Below are positions 51,234 through 64,000 of a stretch of 64,000 nt of DNA, one piece after another. Origin of the DNA: Octopus sinensis (Eukaryota); NCBI RefSeq assembly GCF_006345805.1, contig NC_042998.1:118606001-118670000 (forward strand), read 5' to 3'. The translations under genes were made by a program, and so were the position numbers. The notes under the pieces are model-generated. The model worked only from the letters and a program-made list of their open reading frames with translations. It searched no databases and had not been told where the DNA came from. Every line of letters begins with the position of its first letter. Position 1 is the stretch's first letter.

Positions 51234-53371
51234 ACTTCCAATCTAAAATATCAATATTTTAAAATATAAAAATAATAATTTAAAATAATTAAAGTATGAA
51301 TGAAAAAATATAAATATATAATCCATATATAACCTATATATAATCCATATATAATCAATATATAAACAATATATAAACTAAAATAAACCTATCAACAATT
51401 AAATATAAAATATAAAATATAAAATATAAAATATAAAACAAAACAAAAAAATAATAATAATATAATAATAAACTATATATACACCCATACACATATACCT
51501 AATTATATATAACCATATCTAACTACATACACTAAATCACACACCTATATATATATCCCTATACATACATATAAAAACGTCTAGGCAACTATAAATAATA
51601 AAATAGCTAAATACTTCAACACAATACTTATTCATACTCCCACACACACACACACATACAACCCACATTCACGCTCTAGAAAACGGACATCACTTAAAAT
51701 TATGAACGGAGAAATGGAATAAATGAATTAAAAATTATATTCACTTGGTAAAACGAACACTACTTAAAAATTATGAATGAAACAATGCAATAAAACAACA
51801 GACATCGCAAATAGACAGAAATTACTACGAATTCCTTAACAAACCTACCATGATAAACCAAAACTCATAAAAACATATAATGATAAAATCTCCCTTTACT
51901 AAACTCTATAACATACCTATATAGCAATCCCCCTAACCTAAACATTCACACACAAATACACACACGTAAACCACACACCCACGACATATACAAATACCCA
52001 CACCACTTACACATACCTATACATACATATAAACCTCAACATATACTCCAAAAACCCACTCAACCCCACACAGACAAATAAACACAAAAATTATGAATGG
52101 ATTCTTTTATAAAACTACCATGATAAGCTAAAACTCACAAAACATAAATGATAAAAACTCCCTTTACTAACACTATAACATACTTATATAGCAATCCTTT
52201 AACCTATACATTCACACACAAATACACACACGTAAACCACACACCCATAACAAATACAAACACCCACCCCACTCACACACACCCACAAGTACATATACGC
52301 CTCAACATATACACCAAACAAAATTACTTTACCAAGGAACTTAACATATGTATAAAAAGTATAACCGCTCTGGAAACGAACATCTTTTAAAATAATGAAT
52401 GGAGAAATGGAATAAATGGAATTAAAAATAATATTCACGTGGCAAAACGAACACCACTCAAAAATTATGAATGAAACAATGTAATAAAACAACCAACATC
52501 GAAAATAGAAAATTACCACGAATTCCCTAAAAAAAACCATGATAAACCAAAACTCTTAAAAACATATAACGATAAAATCTCCCTTTGCTAAACTCTATAA
52601 CAAACCTATATAGCAATCCCCCTAACCTAAACATTCACACACAAAAAACACACACGTAAACCACAGACCCACGACTTATACACATACCTATACTAACTTA
52701 TAAACCTCAATATACACCAAAAACCCACTCCCTCCCCACACAGACAAATTAACACATACATCCCAAAACCTAAATAACAAACCCATATACACATTCACAC
52801 ACAAACACACACACACGCAAAACACACACACACAACAGATACATATACTCCCTCACATATACGCATATACATACTCACTAAACTCGATATATACAACAAT
52901 ATTTACACACCCACACTCATACAGATAAATAAATTATACAACTAAAAACTCACACACAATTTCATATACATAAACACTCCAATAAAAAACAACATTAAAT
53001 ACATCGTAATTAACCAGAATATCAAAAATAACAATATGACATAAGGAGAAATAAAATACATACTTACAAGTCAGTTTCAAATTATGAAGTGAAATTAAAT
53101 TCTTAGCCGTTAAAAAAATCAAACCAAAATTACGTTACCATAGAAATATAACTTATGTAAAAAAAGAATACGCGCCATGGAAAGTAAACGTCATTTAAAA
53201 TTATGAATGGAGAAATAGAATAAATGGAACTAAAAACTATATCCACGTGGCAAACCAACACTACTTAAAAAAAATTTATTATGAATGGATTCTTTAATAA
53301 AACTACCATAATAAATTATTATAAAATTATTATTTTTATATTTTAAAATATTGATATTTTAGATTGGAAGT

Positions 53372-53414
53372 CCACCTGAAGATTGTCGATCAAGACAAGA
53401 AACAATTGTAGTGG
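53372..53414 (+). ncRNA. Minimal type I hammerhead ribozyme (43 nt)
   Basis: CCAC-CTGAAGA-TTGTC gatcaa GACAA-GAAA-C AATT G-TA / GTGG: all three stems pair and the core is canonical; predicted cleavage after 53410. Confidence 0.88.
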
Positions 53415-53503
53415 CGGTTTTTTTGACTATTTATTAAAATTTTATGTATTGATTAAGTCTTTCCTTGTTTGTTTTGCAAAATAGTGGTTTTGTCTCTAAT
53501 AAT

Positions 53504-53543
<40 letters not shown>

Positions 53544-53592
53544 TACATATACTTATATGTAAATGTTTATATATTTATAAATGCTAGTTTCA

Positions 53593-53700
53593 TACTCACA
53601 CACGCACACATACACAGATATATGTGTATATATATGTGTGTGTGTGTGTGTGTGTATTTCGTTTTGGGATTTGCCTTGCATGATTCTTTATGTGAGTTCG
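53593..53700 (+). repeat. Direct repeat, copy 1 (copy 2 at 54978-55112)
   Basis: cacacgcacacatacacagatatatgtgtat...tatttcgttttgggatttgc...atgattctttatgtgagttc occurs twice. Confidence 0.85.
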
Positions 53701-54399
53701 TGTGTTGAAGTATATTCTGTTGTGCCTGGGGACAGTCATTCTCTTTTAGTGCCTTTAAGAATCAATACTTCCCGTTAAAATTTACTTATTTACTTATTTA
53801 TTTTCCTAAAAATTTTCGTTGCCTCTGGCAACCTTTTCAATGGTTGTTGACTGTCCGTTATTCAAGCTGCGTTCTTTTTGTTTGTGCCCCTGAGTGTGTG
53901 TCAGTGTATGTGCGCATACATATGAATGCTTGTATTCATGCTTATAAGTATGTGTATGCATGGATGTATGTGTGTGTACGTATGTATACATGTATGTATG
54001 TACGTTTGTATGTACCTCTTCTGCATATTCATGTATGTTTGTGTTTGTGTGTTTTTATGTGTGTGTGTGTGTGTTTGATGTGGGTGATGTTGTTGGCAGT
54101 GGTATAGATGACGTGTTTGGTATTGTTGTCTGTGTGTGGGAAGTTGTTGTAATTGTTGCTATTACCATCGTTATTGTTGTTGTTATTATAATAGCCGTTT
54201 CGATTTCGTATGCTGGTGTAGTTGTTATAGTTGTTTGAGTGCTTAGCATTGTTGTTATTGTTATTACCACTATTGTTGTTGTCAATATTGTTTGGGTACT
54301 TGTAATGATTCTTAACATTCTGAGATCGTTGTTGTTGCTGTTTCATTCACTTGAGTTTATTGTTGAAGTGTTTGTTACAGACCATGAGAACAACAATCA

Positions 54400-54965
54400 G
54401 GTGAAAGGAATGATTGCACATGCATCAGGGGCTAGCATAAAAACCACCTTGAAGAACTAAATACGAAAGTTTAAGAAACTATACATACAGATTCAAGGTG
54501 CAGCCATTGGTACCGGTGTAGCTGGAGATGTGGCCGGCCTCTTCATGTCTTGGTGGGACAGATAGTTCACAACTCTTCTACTTTACAGTTGGTATGTAGC
54601 TGACATTAATATCGTAGTTAAGATCAACTCTAGTAACGGTTATATAGAAACTGAGAGAAACATAATGGAGAGTATCCAGCAAGTATCTAACTCCATCCAC
54701 CAAAGTATCAAGGTAATTATAGATTACCCCACTAGGCACCGCAACAATAGACTCCATCAGATCACAACTATATAGGACGTACCTCTTTGAGAATACCATA
54801 TGCACCAATGGTAACCGCATGGTATGTAGGATTAGCCCTGGCATTAACTGTAGAACTAGATATGTAGTCTACAACATAAGATGCATAGAAGGTGCTTGTA
54901 AAGACATGTACATGACATATATAGGGGAGACATCTAAGAAGATTTGAGACGATATGACGACAAAA
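54400..54965 (+). pseudogene. Condensed Penelope-like ORF relic: RT motifs joined to GIY-YIG N-terminus
   Basis: KLYIQIQGAAIGTGVAGDVAGLFMSWWDR*, WYVADINIV and SNSIHQSIKVIIDYP (PLE RT Q..G.AIG, YVDD and thumb-proximal motifs), then NCRTRYVVYNIRC...TYIGETSK. Confidence 0.8.
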
Positions 54966-54977
54966 CAGTTCATACGC

Positions 54978-55006
54978 ACACACGCACACATACACAGATA
55001 TATGTG

Positions 55007-55071
<65 letters not shown>

Positions 55072-55112
55072 TTCGTTTTGGGATTTGCTTTGCATGATTC
55101 TTTATGTGAGTT
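54978..55112 (+). repeat. Direct repeat, copy 2
   Basis: See 53593-53700. Confidence 0.85.
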
Positions 55113-55564
55113 CAAGCAAATACAGTAGTACGTCCTCATAAACGAAACATTCCCAGTACTAAATAGGAAATATACGTAGTAGAAAATCATACCCCCATAC
55201 CTACAGCTTATATTTATATACAGGTAGGATAATTAGTGGGCTGTTATGTAGATGTATATATGTTTGTGCGTGCGTGTGTGTATGCACATGTATGAAGGCA
55301 AATGGATATGAAAGTAAACAGAAAGATATACTGACGGATAAGTACATAGGTAATATGAACAGACAAGCTCACACACACACACACACACACACTCAAACAG
55401 GCACACACAAGGAGACAGAGGTACACATACACACATACATGCATACATGCATACACACACTTACATCCATGCATATATACATACATGCATGCATATATAC
55501 ATACATGTGTATGCGCACACACACTGACCCGCAAACATAAAAAGAACACAGCTTGAATAACGGA

Positions 55565-55596
<32 letters not shown>

Positions 55597-55780
55597 CTCT
55601 GTCGGTAACGACGATGAGTGTTCCAGTTGAGCCGATCAACGGAATAACCTGAACATGAAATTAACGTTCAAGTGGCTGACCACTCCCAAAGACACGCGTG
55701 CAATAAAGTATCTCGCTCAACTCGCCGCCGTGAATCGATTTCACGACCTCGCATTCGTGAAATGAATACCCTTACTATAA
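55597..55780 (-). mobile_element. tRNA-derived SINE family D
   Basis: Reverse strand ttcatttcacgaatgcgaggtcgtgaaatcgattcac (tRNA-like head), ending ggaacactcatcgtcgttaccgacagag. Confidence 0.6.
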
Positions 55781-55909
55781 TGTTATGCGCCTCCACTGTC
55801 ATAATGCGAGCCATATGCATTAAATATTTCCCAGAGAAGAGAACCAGTAGAGAGAAAACACCATTCCTCGGGACAGGAGAATACTCATGCGGCAGAGAAT
55901 AAAGATCTC

Positions 55910-56710
55910 GAATCGTTTAAATAAACACCTGAATGATAGGGGAACTGTTCGAAATTGAAAATAAACTCAAAATCTCCCATGAAAAAGAAAGAGAAGAGAA
56001 ACCTGAGCAGTCGAAAATAAAAAAAAACAAATCCTAAAGCATTTTAAGCGATGGCAAAGGAATCTGCTATGGTACGTTATAAGATAAGGCCACTATTTGG
56101 TTAGAACAGCTCACCAACTGGAAGATAAGTGAAGCACTGAATAAACAATTCTGAAATGTTTTCACTTCTCCACTGCAAAAAACGCCAATAATCAAGTCTG
56201 AGGAGTTTTTAATGTAACGAATCTATTCGGAAAAGAGGCAACCATCGATCATATCAACATAACAGAAGAGGATTAATATCACCCATTGATGAGATGAGAT
56301 CAAACTCAGCAACGAGACCAGATGAACTCCCGGCACTTCTTTTAAAGACATGTAAAAAGGCTCTTGCAAAACCACTGCAGATACTCTTTCAGAGTTTTCA
56401 TGTATGTGGTAAACTTCCCAACATGCTAATAGAGGGTGTAATATGCCCTGTCCATAAAGCAGGGAACAGAGCAGATGCTAAAAGCTACAAGCCCATTTCT
56501 CTGACCTCACATGTTAGATGACAATGGAACACATTGTCAGAAAAAGCCTGATCATGTTCCTAGAAGAAAACAACCTTCTCACAAACACGCAACATGGCTC
56601 CCATTCAGGGTGGAGCTGCCTCACAACTGTTGCAGCACTTTGAAACAACAGCTAAACCAGTCAGCCGTAGACGTGATATACCTTGACTTTGCCAGAGCCA
56701 TTTGTCATAG
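55910..56710 (+). mobile_element. CR1-like LINE RT N-terminal relic
   Basis: ATRPDELPALLLK..LAKPL, CPVHKAGNR..SYKPISLTSH, LTNTQHG and VDVIYLDFARA. Confidence 0.85.
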
Positions 56711-58289
56711 GTCACAATTGACCCAGCAGACTTATATCAGAATCATATCAAGCCTGGCTCTCCATTTTTCTTGGGTACATTTCAATCAGGAACACATATT
56801 CATAAAGTCCTTCGCTTTCTATGATGTTAGAGCACTATTTTAGTGATTTAATTTTAGTATACAAGAAATTTCTGTACTATGTTGAGATTCATCCGTTTAT
56901 CAGGGCATCGTCACTGAATATATATGGTTGAATATATAAGTATATTTATGCATGGATCTGTTTATCGGTACTTAGACTATTGGAAATTATACAACAGTAC
57001 AAGAGCTAAACTAAAGTTGTGCTAAAATACTGAACGTACGAAACCAACATATAGCAAATGATTCAATGGATATATGTCGTGAGAAGGAAAATTAATAACT
57101 ACTGGGAAATAAAAGCAATGGTGAAAACCCTGGCCTTTCTTTACAAGAAATCAATTAGAACTTGAGCGCTTGTAATTTGTACTAGTTATATTTTTTTTGT
57201 TTTTTACATCAATTAAGTTAACTTTGAATTTACTACTTGACTTTGATGCAAAATACACTCTAAAGTATTTGTCTAGTTATTGCTTCCAGAGTATGTTCTC
57301 GACATTTTTAATCAATTATTGTCTCACATTTCTGTTACATCTATAATACTTTTAATGCTCCTAATTGAATTCTGACCATTTGACTACAGTAAAAGTAAGA
57401 AAGTATAATTTTGAATTATATTTATAGAATTGCTTGTGGGTATCATTTGCAAGAGAAGAGAGAAGATATGTCTGTAAGATGATGCGCATTATTCTTAGCT
57501 GAAGTAATGTTATATAAGAGCATAAAAATACTTGCTTAAATTAATGTCAAGTTAAATAGAATAGCCAATTGACTGAACTTTTCTCATCAGATGTATATGC
57601 GGAAAATTCAGTTACACAACTTAATGACCTAATTTTCAAGAAATTCTTTTGCAAATCTCCAGACAGTTTCTTAAATTAAGGCAAACGATAACGTGTTAAA
57701 AAAAAACACGCTTCGAAAATTAGTGACACATAAAATAAAACACTTTGTACAACCTGGGAAATATAAAAATCAGCTTGAAAATGAGAATTTTAATTCGAAG
57801 TCTGTCAAATTACGTTAAAAATATGATTGCAAATAATTTAGCATATTTAGCTCTTGCAATCGGCACAAGATCGAAACAGAAATTATTTTTAAAAACTGTT
57901 ATAATTATAATATGAAAAAAATTATGAATTTTAATGTGAGTCATAATATTTTATAGAGACAATAAAATATCATTAATTGATATTTTAAAGTGGTACGTTA
58001 TCTTATTGATGCTAATGGATATTTCCAACTGCATCTAGCATATCAGTGCAATCGAAAGATACACCAATAACCATATTCAATACTGTTATGATGTTTATGC
58101 TCTTTTTATAGTTATTCTTCGTTAAGTTTTAAGACTGGCTGATATTCTTTATCGATGTACTGAAATACCATTGAATTTAGGTGGATATTAAAGCAAATTG
58201 TTATTCAGCCCGATACTACTCTTAATTCTCCAGATAAAACCTGTGATAAAATTCATTGAAAGACTTCCCATGTATTATTCTTTTATCTT

Positions 58290-59370
58290 TTATCTTTTAC
58301 TGGTTTCCGTCCGGGGCTGAGGTTATGCTGGTCACCACCTGTAGTTATTCGGTGTTGTTTCCGGTATTATTTTTGGTGACGTAGCGAGCTGGACGGAGCT
58401 GCTCTTCTTTGTGTCACCTGCTGCGATGTGGTTCTTCTGGTATATCATATAGAAACCTGCCCAGACGTTCCTTGAAAACTTCCACATCAACACCATGTAG
58501 ATCTCTAAGGATGACTAGCAGGATGTTGAACAATTGTGGTACTGTGTCCTTATTTTACATGGAGAAGATGGGACCTTTGGTATGACGCAGCGTTGTCCAG
58601 TTCAAGTATCGGTATAGTTGGCAATTCCAAAATTGGTAGCTAAACCCTCCAAGATCTTCCAGATATATAGCACCGCATATCTCGTCTTCTCTCCAGGGAA
58701 TAGAGGCTCGATTCCTTTAGCCTCTCCCAGTAGCCCATCTTTTACATCGAGTCAATCTTCGGTTGCTTCGAGTTTTACAGTTTGTTTCACACTCTTTGGG
58801 GACCATAGTTGGGAGCAGTAGTCTTGGCGGCTGAGAACGAAAGTCCTCTATAGCAGAAGCAGGGCCTCCCTTTTCCTAGTTCTGAATGTCCTAAGAGTCC
58901 ATCCAGCCACTTGCATGCACAGTGTTGGCATCTTGGTAATATGCACATGGAATGTTGCATCATTGCTCATGTGAACCCCCAGGTCACGCACCGACTCTGA
59001 CTCTGGGATGGTATTACCTTCTGGTCCAGTGTATTACGATTTTAGCCTGGTGTCGGGCCGATAGTGGAGTGCCTGAATTTTCATAGTATTGCACTGCATG
59101 TTATTTTTGTTAGCCCATTTCTGTATTTCATTCAGGTCTTTCTGCAGGTTTATGTTGTCCTCTATGTTCCTAACTGCCTTGCGATACTTTTGTGTCGTCA
59201 GCATAACTGGTCAGCTTTGCCGACTCTACCGCGGAGGGCATATAAACCTGGGGACCTGAGATATCAAATCTTAATTGTACGTGGAATGAGGAAGGACAAG
59301 CCTGGTATCATTGTTTCAGTCACCTACCCAGCTGTTTCTAAAGCGCTTCAATTCAGCTTCCAGCTGAATT
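58290..59370 (-). mobile_element. CR1-like LINE RT and 3' region
   Basis: SYADDTKVS, LQKDLNEIQKWANKNNM, VRDLGVHMS and GWTLRTFRTR. Confidence 0.85.
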
Positions 59371-62300
59371 GAAGCGCCAAAATATTTGTAGGTATTGTAG
59401 GAATTTTGAAGTGTGTTGAATAGACGGGATGGGTCAGTGATCAGATGAATTGACAGATTCAGAGATATTTATGGGTAGTTAAAGGTTAAGTTTGGAAGTG
59501 GGTAAGAAAAGAAGGGTGTGTAGTGTTTGTGAATCGAGCTGAGATGCGAAGAGGTGACGAAACAAGTAGTAGTAGTGGTTGTGGTGGTGGTGGTGGTGGT
59601 GGTAATAGTAGAGGGTTTGTGTGTGTGTATGTATTCGTCTGACAAAATAAAGGGCGTGCTAACTGGGAACAGCAGAGAATGCGATGTACTTGTATTTGAC
59701 ATGGAGATATCGTCAATTACATCCACGTTCTCACTTTTGAAGCCAGTGCAAATTTGTTGTTGCTGTTATCGCTTTCCACGCCATTATTGTTACTGCTGTT
59801 GTTGTAAATTGCTATTGTTGAGATTATCTCGATTTACTCAATGATTAAAAATTAATACATGCAATGATTTTCAGCTTCCCTGTGTCACACTTTGTATCAA
59901 ATGATTAACAAAAAAAAGCACCACAAATTTATTGCTTCGAAAGAGTATGACAGCCCAATTGAAATAATCTTAAGAAACCATATTTCGTTGGATGTTAACC
60001 TGTTCTTGCGGCTGATATAATTGCCTTTTTTTTATCGATTCTTTTTTCCTTTTCCTTTTTTTTTCTTTTTTTATTATTTCTTTTTTTCTTAATTCCTCAA
60101 ACCCCATTGCTCCTCTTCTCAAGCTACAATTGGAAATTTATCTCTTTTTAAAATTTGTAATGCTTTTGTCATTGCAAGGGTCACATATTTATTTTGTATT
60201 TTATTAGATGGCGTTGTCTACCTTCATCATTCTTCCATTAGAATTGATGATACATTCTCAGAAAATTTATTAAAAATAACAATGCTTATATTCGATATTG
60301 AACCACTTAAGTTTAAAAGCTAATGAAAATACAATCTTAGATTTTCATTTAAGATATTAGAATCAGTTGACGAAATGATTTGTGATATCTAAATGTGATG
60401 CTTTTCATCTTCTGATTTCAAATGTTCAAATTCTATTAAAAACAACTTTACCCTTCATCTGTTGTAGGGTCGTTATGTAATGGACCGACCAAATACCAAA
60501 GTTAAAATATCATCAATATCACATCCCCAACACACATTTGTGATCTTGCGCTTACTTTAAAATCGATAGATCATCTATGTGATCAGTAAAATACATAATG
60601 TAAATCAATTACATAGGTGTGTCTATATATTTATTCGATACAAGGAATATTCGACAGTGATAGTGTCATTTGCAAAGTAGAATAAATTTTGTCACCATGT
60701 TGAAGTGAAGTGAATCTATTCGAGTCATACAATTTGCAGGTATATAAATGTACACATATGAATGAACATGCAAAAATACAATAAACGTTCATAGAAGGAA
60801 ATGCATAATACATATATATGAATAATGACACACACACCGATACATACTCACACACTCGCGCACAAGCATATCCACACACACACCCACACACAATTTATTT
60901 AAAGCTATCCAGTGGCCTGTTACTCCGGGGTTTTCCCGGTATGTAGCTACTTCTTCAGGCAAGTTTGACTTGGCCTAGTTTCACTTACCTAAAGAAGCAG
61001 CTGCACACCGTGCACACTCCCGAGTAACAATAACACTAAAGCGGATTAAATACACTACAGCACTCTACGTTTGTATCGAGCACTTCTTTCTTTTTTACTC
61101 AACGGCAGTTGAGTGTATATGTGTGTGTATGTGTATATATGATTGTTGGTGTCCGTGTGCTTGTGTGTGTGAGTGCGTATGTTTGTGTGTGCGTATGTGT
61201 GTGTATTTGTCTTTTATTATGTGTATGTGTGTGTATGTGTTTATAAGTACATAATGACATATTAGCTTCAAGTATTTGGTATACATATGTTGTTATAATA
61301 TGTGTGTGTATATACATACATACATATATATAGAATTTAATACGATTAAGGTTAATGCAATGTTTGAATTTTTTTTTTTTTGTGTAATATTCAGGCCGAG
61401 TTGTTTAAGGTGAGATGTAAGAGTTTTTTTTGTTTTTTTTAATGAGTTTATTAGCGAAAGTATGATTAGCGGCTTTAGGATCAGTATTTTCTCATCATTG
61501 AAGACACTTTCGACATTCGTGAGAAATTTCAGTGTATTTTATGTAGGAATAATGTTCGAACCAGGTAACTCTCTTAAGCTAGGTAGAAAGCATTCATGCT
61601 AATGGCAGTGTTCGCTTGAGTTCCGTTTTATCCGAATATTTCCTATAAAAGTGCCTAGGCTTTTCCTGACCTGTTGAATAATACTTTTATCATGCGTGAA
61701 TATTAGAAATTATTGGAATAGCTGACTGCCTTCTGAAGGAAGTTTTTAATGACAGAGGTAAAGAAATTATTAATAGAGAAGTGTGATAATGGGCATAATA
61801 AGTTTTTGTACTTTAGTCATTTTGACCATTGAATTTAGTTTTTTTGTTTTTTCTCAAATTGAAGTGGGAATTTAAATAAATGTGTTGGTGAGAGCATTTC
61901 TATGTATGTACGTGTGTGTATGAGAAACAGTGTAGAACGTATAAGATGTTCACTTCGTTCACTTCAACAGTTTTATATCTCTTGTCATTTATATTTGGCT
62001 ACTTGTTAAAGGAAGTGTGATTTAAAAGATCATTTCATATATGCTATGCATTCTAGAATGCTGAGAAGCCGTTTTCCAGTAAATTACACTCATCCAGTTT
62101 TTTTTTCACTTACGAAATCGCCTTTGCCACAAATCATATATCTTTTTCTATTATCATGTTAAAAAAAAACACTTGCAGACACAATGTCTTCATTAATATC
62201 CTAGTGGTTGCTGAGAGAGAAATAAATTTGTTTCCTTTCTGGTTATATGCAGCTTCAAACTGAAACATATACAAAACACATGTGAAGATGTAGGAGAACC

Positions 62301-62844
62301 GAAAATAGATTTTCCAAAAATTGTTCAGCTTAAATTAGTATTGATTCTTTATTTTCTTTGAAAACGCATGTAGTGTCTAATTTGATCGATCGCTTATGTG
62401 ATACAAGCAGAACACATTGCAATGTAATCTTTTTTATTTGTAGTAGTATTAGATTAAGGCGGTGAATTGACAGAAACGAGAGAGCATCAGTAAAAGTTCT
62501 GTGCATTATTTAGTGTTAGATATTTATATTCTAAGTTCAAACCTCGCCAAGGTTATCTTTACTTTCAACCTTCGAAGATCAATAAAAACAGTACCAATGA
62601 GATACTGGGTTTCATTTAATAGACTGCAATTTCTTACCGCATTTTCGTTAGCACAGTTGATTGTCAAATTCAACAGAGCGTTAGAATCAATTCCTTGTGC
62701 TTGTTATGGCGCTTTATGCTCTGATTCCACATTCAAGATTAAATTTCATTTATATTCTGGCTTTGTGCATGTGTTAGACAGTATTATTATGATACTTTCA
62801 ATAGTATTATTATTATTATCATTATCATTACATCGATTAGATCG

Positions 62845-63010
62845 ACTACAGTACACAACTGGTACTTGATTTATCGACCCCAAAAGGATGAAAGGCAGAT
62901 ATCGACTTTGCATTTTATCTTTTCGGGGTCGATAAATCAAGTACCAGCTGTGTAATCGACTGGCCCCTTCACCCACATTTCAGGCCTTGTGCATAAAGTA
63001 GAAAGGATTT
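62845..63010. mobile_element. Two SINE family B fragments fused in inverted orientation
   Basis: ggtacttgatttatcgaccccaaaagga ... tcttttcggggtcgataaatcaagtacc. Confidence 0.75.
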
Positions 63011-63479
63011 TTATTATCATTATTGAGTGGGAGAGAAGCGCATACCATCAAAGGGAAGCTGATAAGGGTTTAAAAAAGGCTCATACATAACGTGGTAATC
63101 TCAGATAAAGATGAACAGCGCATTACTTTGCATGTGGGGCTGAGTTAAAATTTTCTTCACTTTGAGTAGCCCATCCCGCACAGTGTCCCTGAATAAGGCT
63201 TGTTTAAGGACGATAACGAAACACATTCGCAAGGGAGAATTATTCAATCTCCACCATATGGCTAGAACGCTCCCCCACTGTTCCTGCTCGTCAGCCACTG
63301 AGGGACATACCCAACTGGTTAGGATCAAGCAACTAACAAGGAAATCTGCTATATTAAGCAGAATATTTGCTGTAGCCCATCTTTTACACCAAAACAAAAC
63401 ATGAATATGATGACACTTCCAGTCTGTAAAGGTCAGAAGCCACGAGAGTCACATCAGTACCTGGTGTGGTATCAGGGCA

Positions 63480-64000
63480 TTTATTATTATCACTTATGGT
63501 TTCTTTCCATTATAACTTCATTTCACCTGCCTTAGTACCGGCCACCCTCCGGAGGCCAAGAGTAGTAGGGACAATTTTTTTGCTATGCATGCTAAAATTA
63601 TCACCACATTTATTCCATTTTATATGGGGGTGCTTTACGTAGTATATGAGCTGAACCCATGAAGGTTATCTTTTGTAGTTCACAGAGGTTGAAGCTACCA
63701 AGGAGTTGCTTAATATACTTCTCTACTCACTTCTTTATCATTCCCAACGCACCAATTACTACTGGTATTATCCTAGAACTAAACTTCCACGTTTTTGCGA
63801 TTTCAATTTGCAGATCTTTATATATATTAATAGACAGGTTCCTCTTTTGTAGTCCTTGATCACAATGTCTGGTCAAATGGAGTCAATTTTTCTGTCTGTA
63901 TTGGGAAGTTCCAAAGTGTGTTGACACCCTCGCCATTTATTACATCCTCTGGATGGTGCCTGTACCACTTATCATGGGATTTAATTTTGTAGTATTTACA
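63480..64000 (-). mobile_element. RLE-type LINE (R4/Dong-like) 3' end
   Basis: KWYRHHPEDVINGEGVNTLWNFPIQT and YKDLQIEIAKTWKFSSRIIPVVIGALGMIKK, followed by a 3' UTR. Confidence 0.85.

Larger units (their letters stand above)
51013..53508. mobile_element. Fold-back element D: tail 51013-51094, inverted arms 51095-51281 / 53324-53508, about 2-kb repetitive interior
   Basis: Arms appear identical by eye, each with a hammerhead; (TA)n on both sides. Confidence 0.85.

Overview
AT-rich eukaryotic (metazoan) genomic DNA packed with (TA)n, (CA)n, (GATA)n and (CATA)n microsatellites and decayed transposons. The SINE types and repeat landscape suggest a cephalopod, probably Octopus (inference). I recognise no host protein-coding exon, rRNA, tRNA gene or CRISPR array; most of the supplied ORFs are microsatellite read-throughs. 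Recognisable content: an internally deleted IR/DR Tc1 element, mariner, maT-like and pogo-like transposase relics, a non-autonomous Helitron, CR1-like, RTE-like and RLE (R4/Dong-like) LINE relics, four tRNA-derived SINE families, and Penelope-like (PLE) RT/GIY-YIG relics. The most notable signal is a set of fold-back elements bounded by (TA)n, with no recognisable ORF (3393-3986, 49875-50472, 50490-50991, 51013-53508). Their inverted arms carry intact-looking minimal type I hammerhead ribozymes with palindromic stem III loops, on both strands in three of the four. Each has an asymmetric tail on one arm, and two of them share a conserved tail hairpin. Three sit back-to-back in the same orientation. 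PLE hammerheads and inverted pseudo-LTRs are known; a conserved ORF-less fold-back unit of this kind may be less well described. All calls are by eye; no alignments, folding or searches were run.
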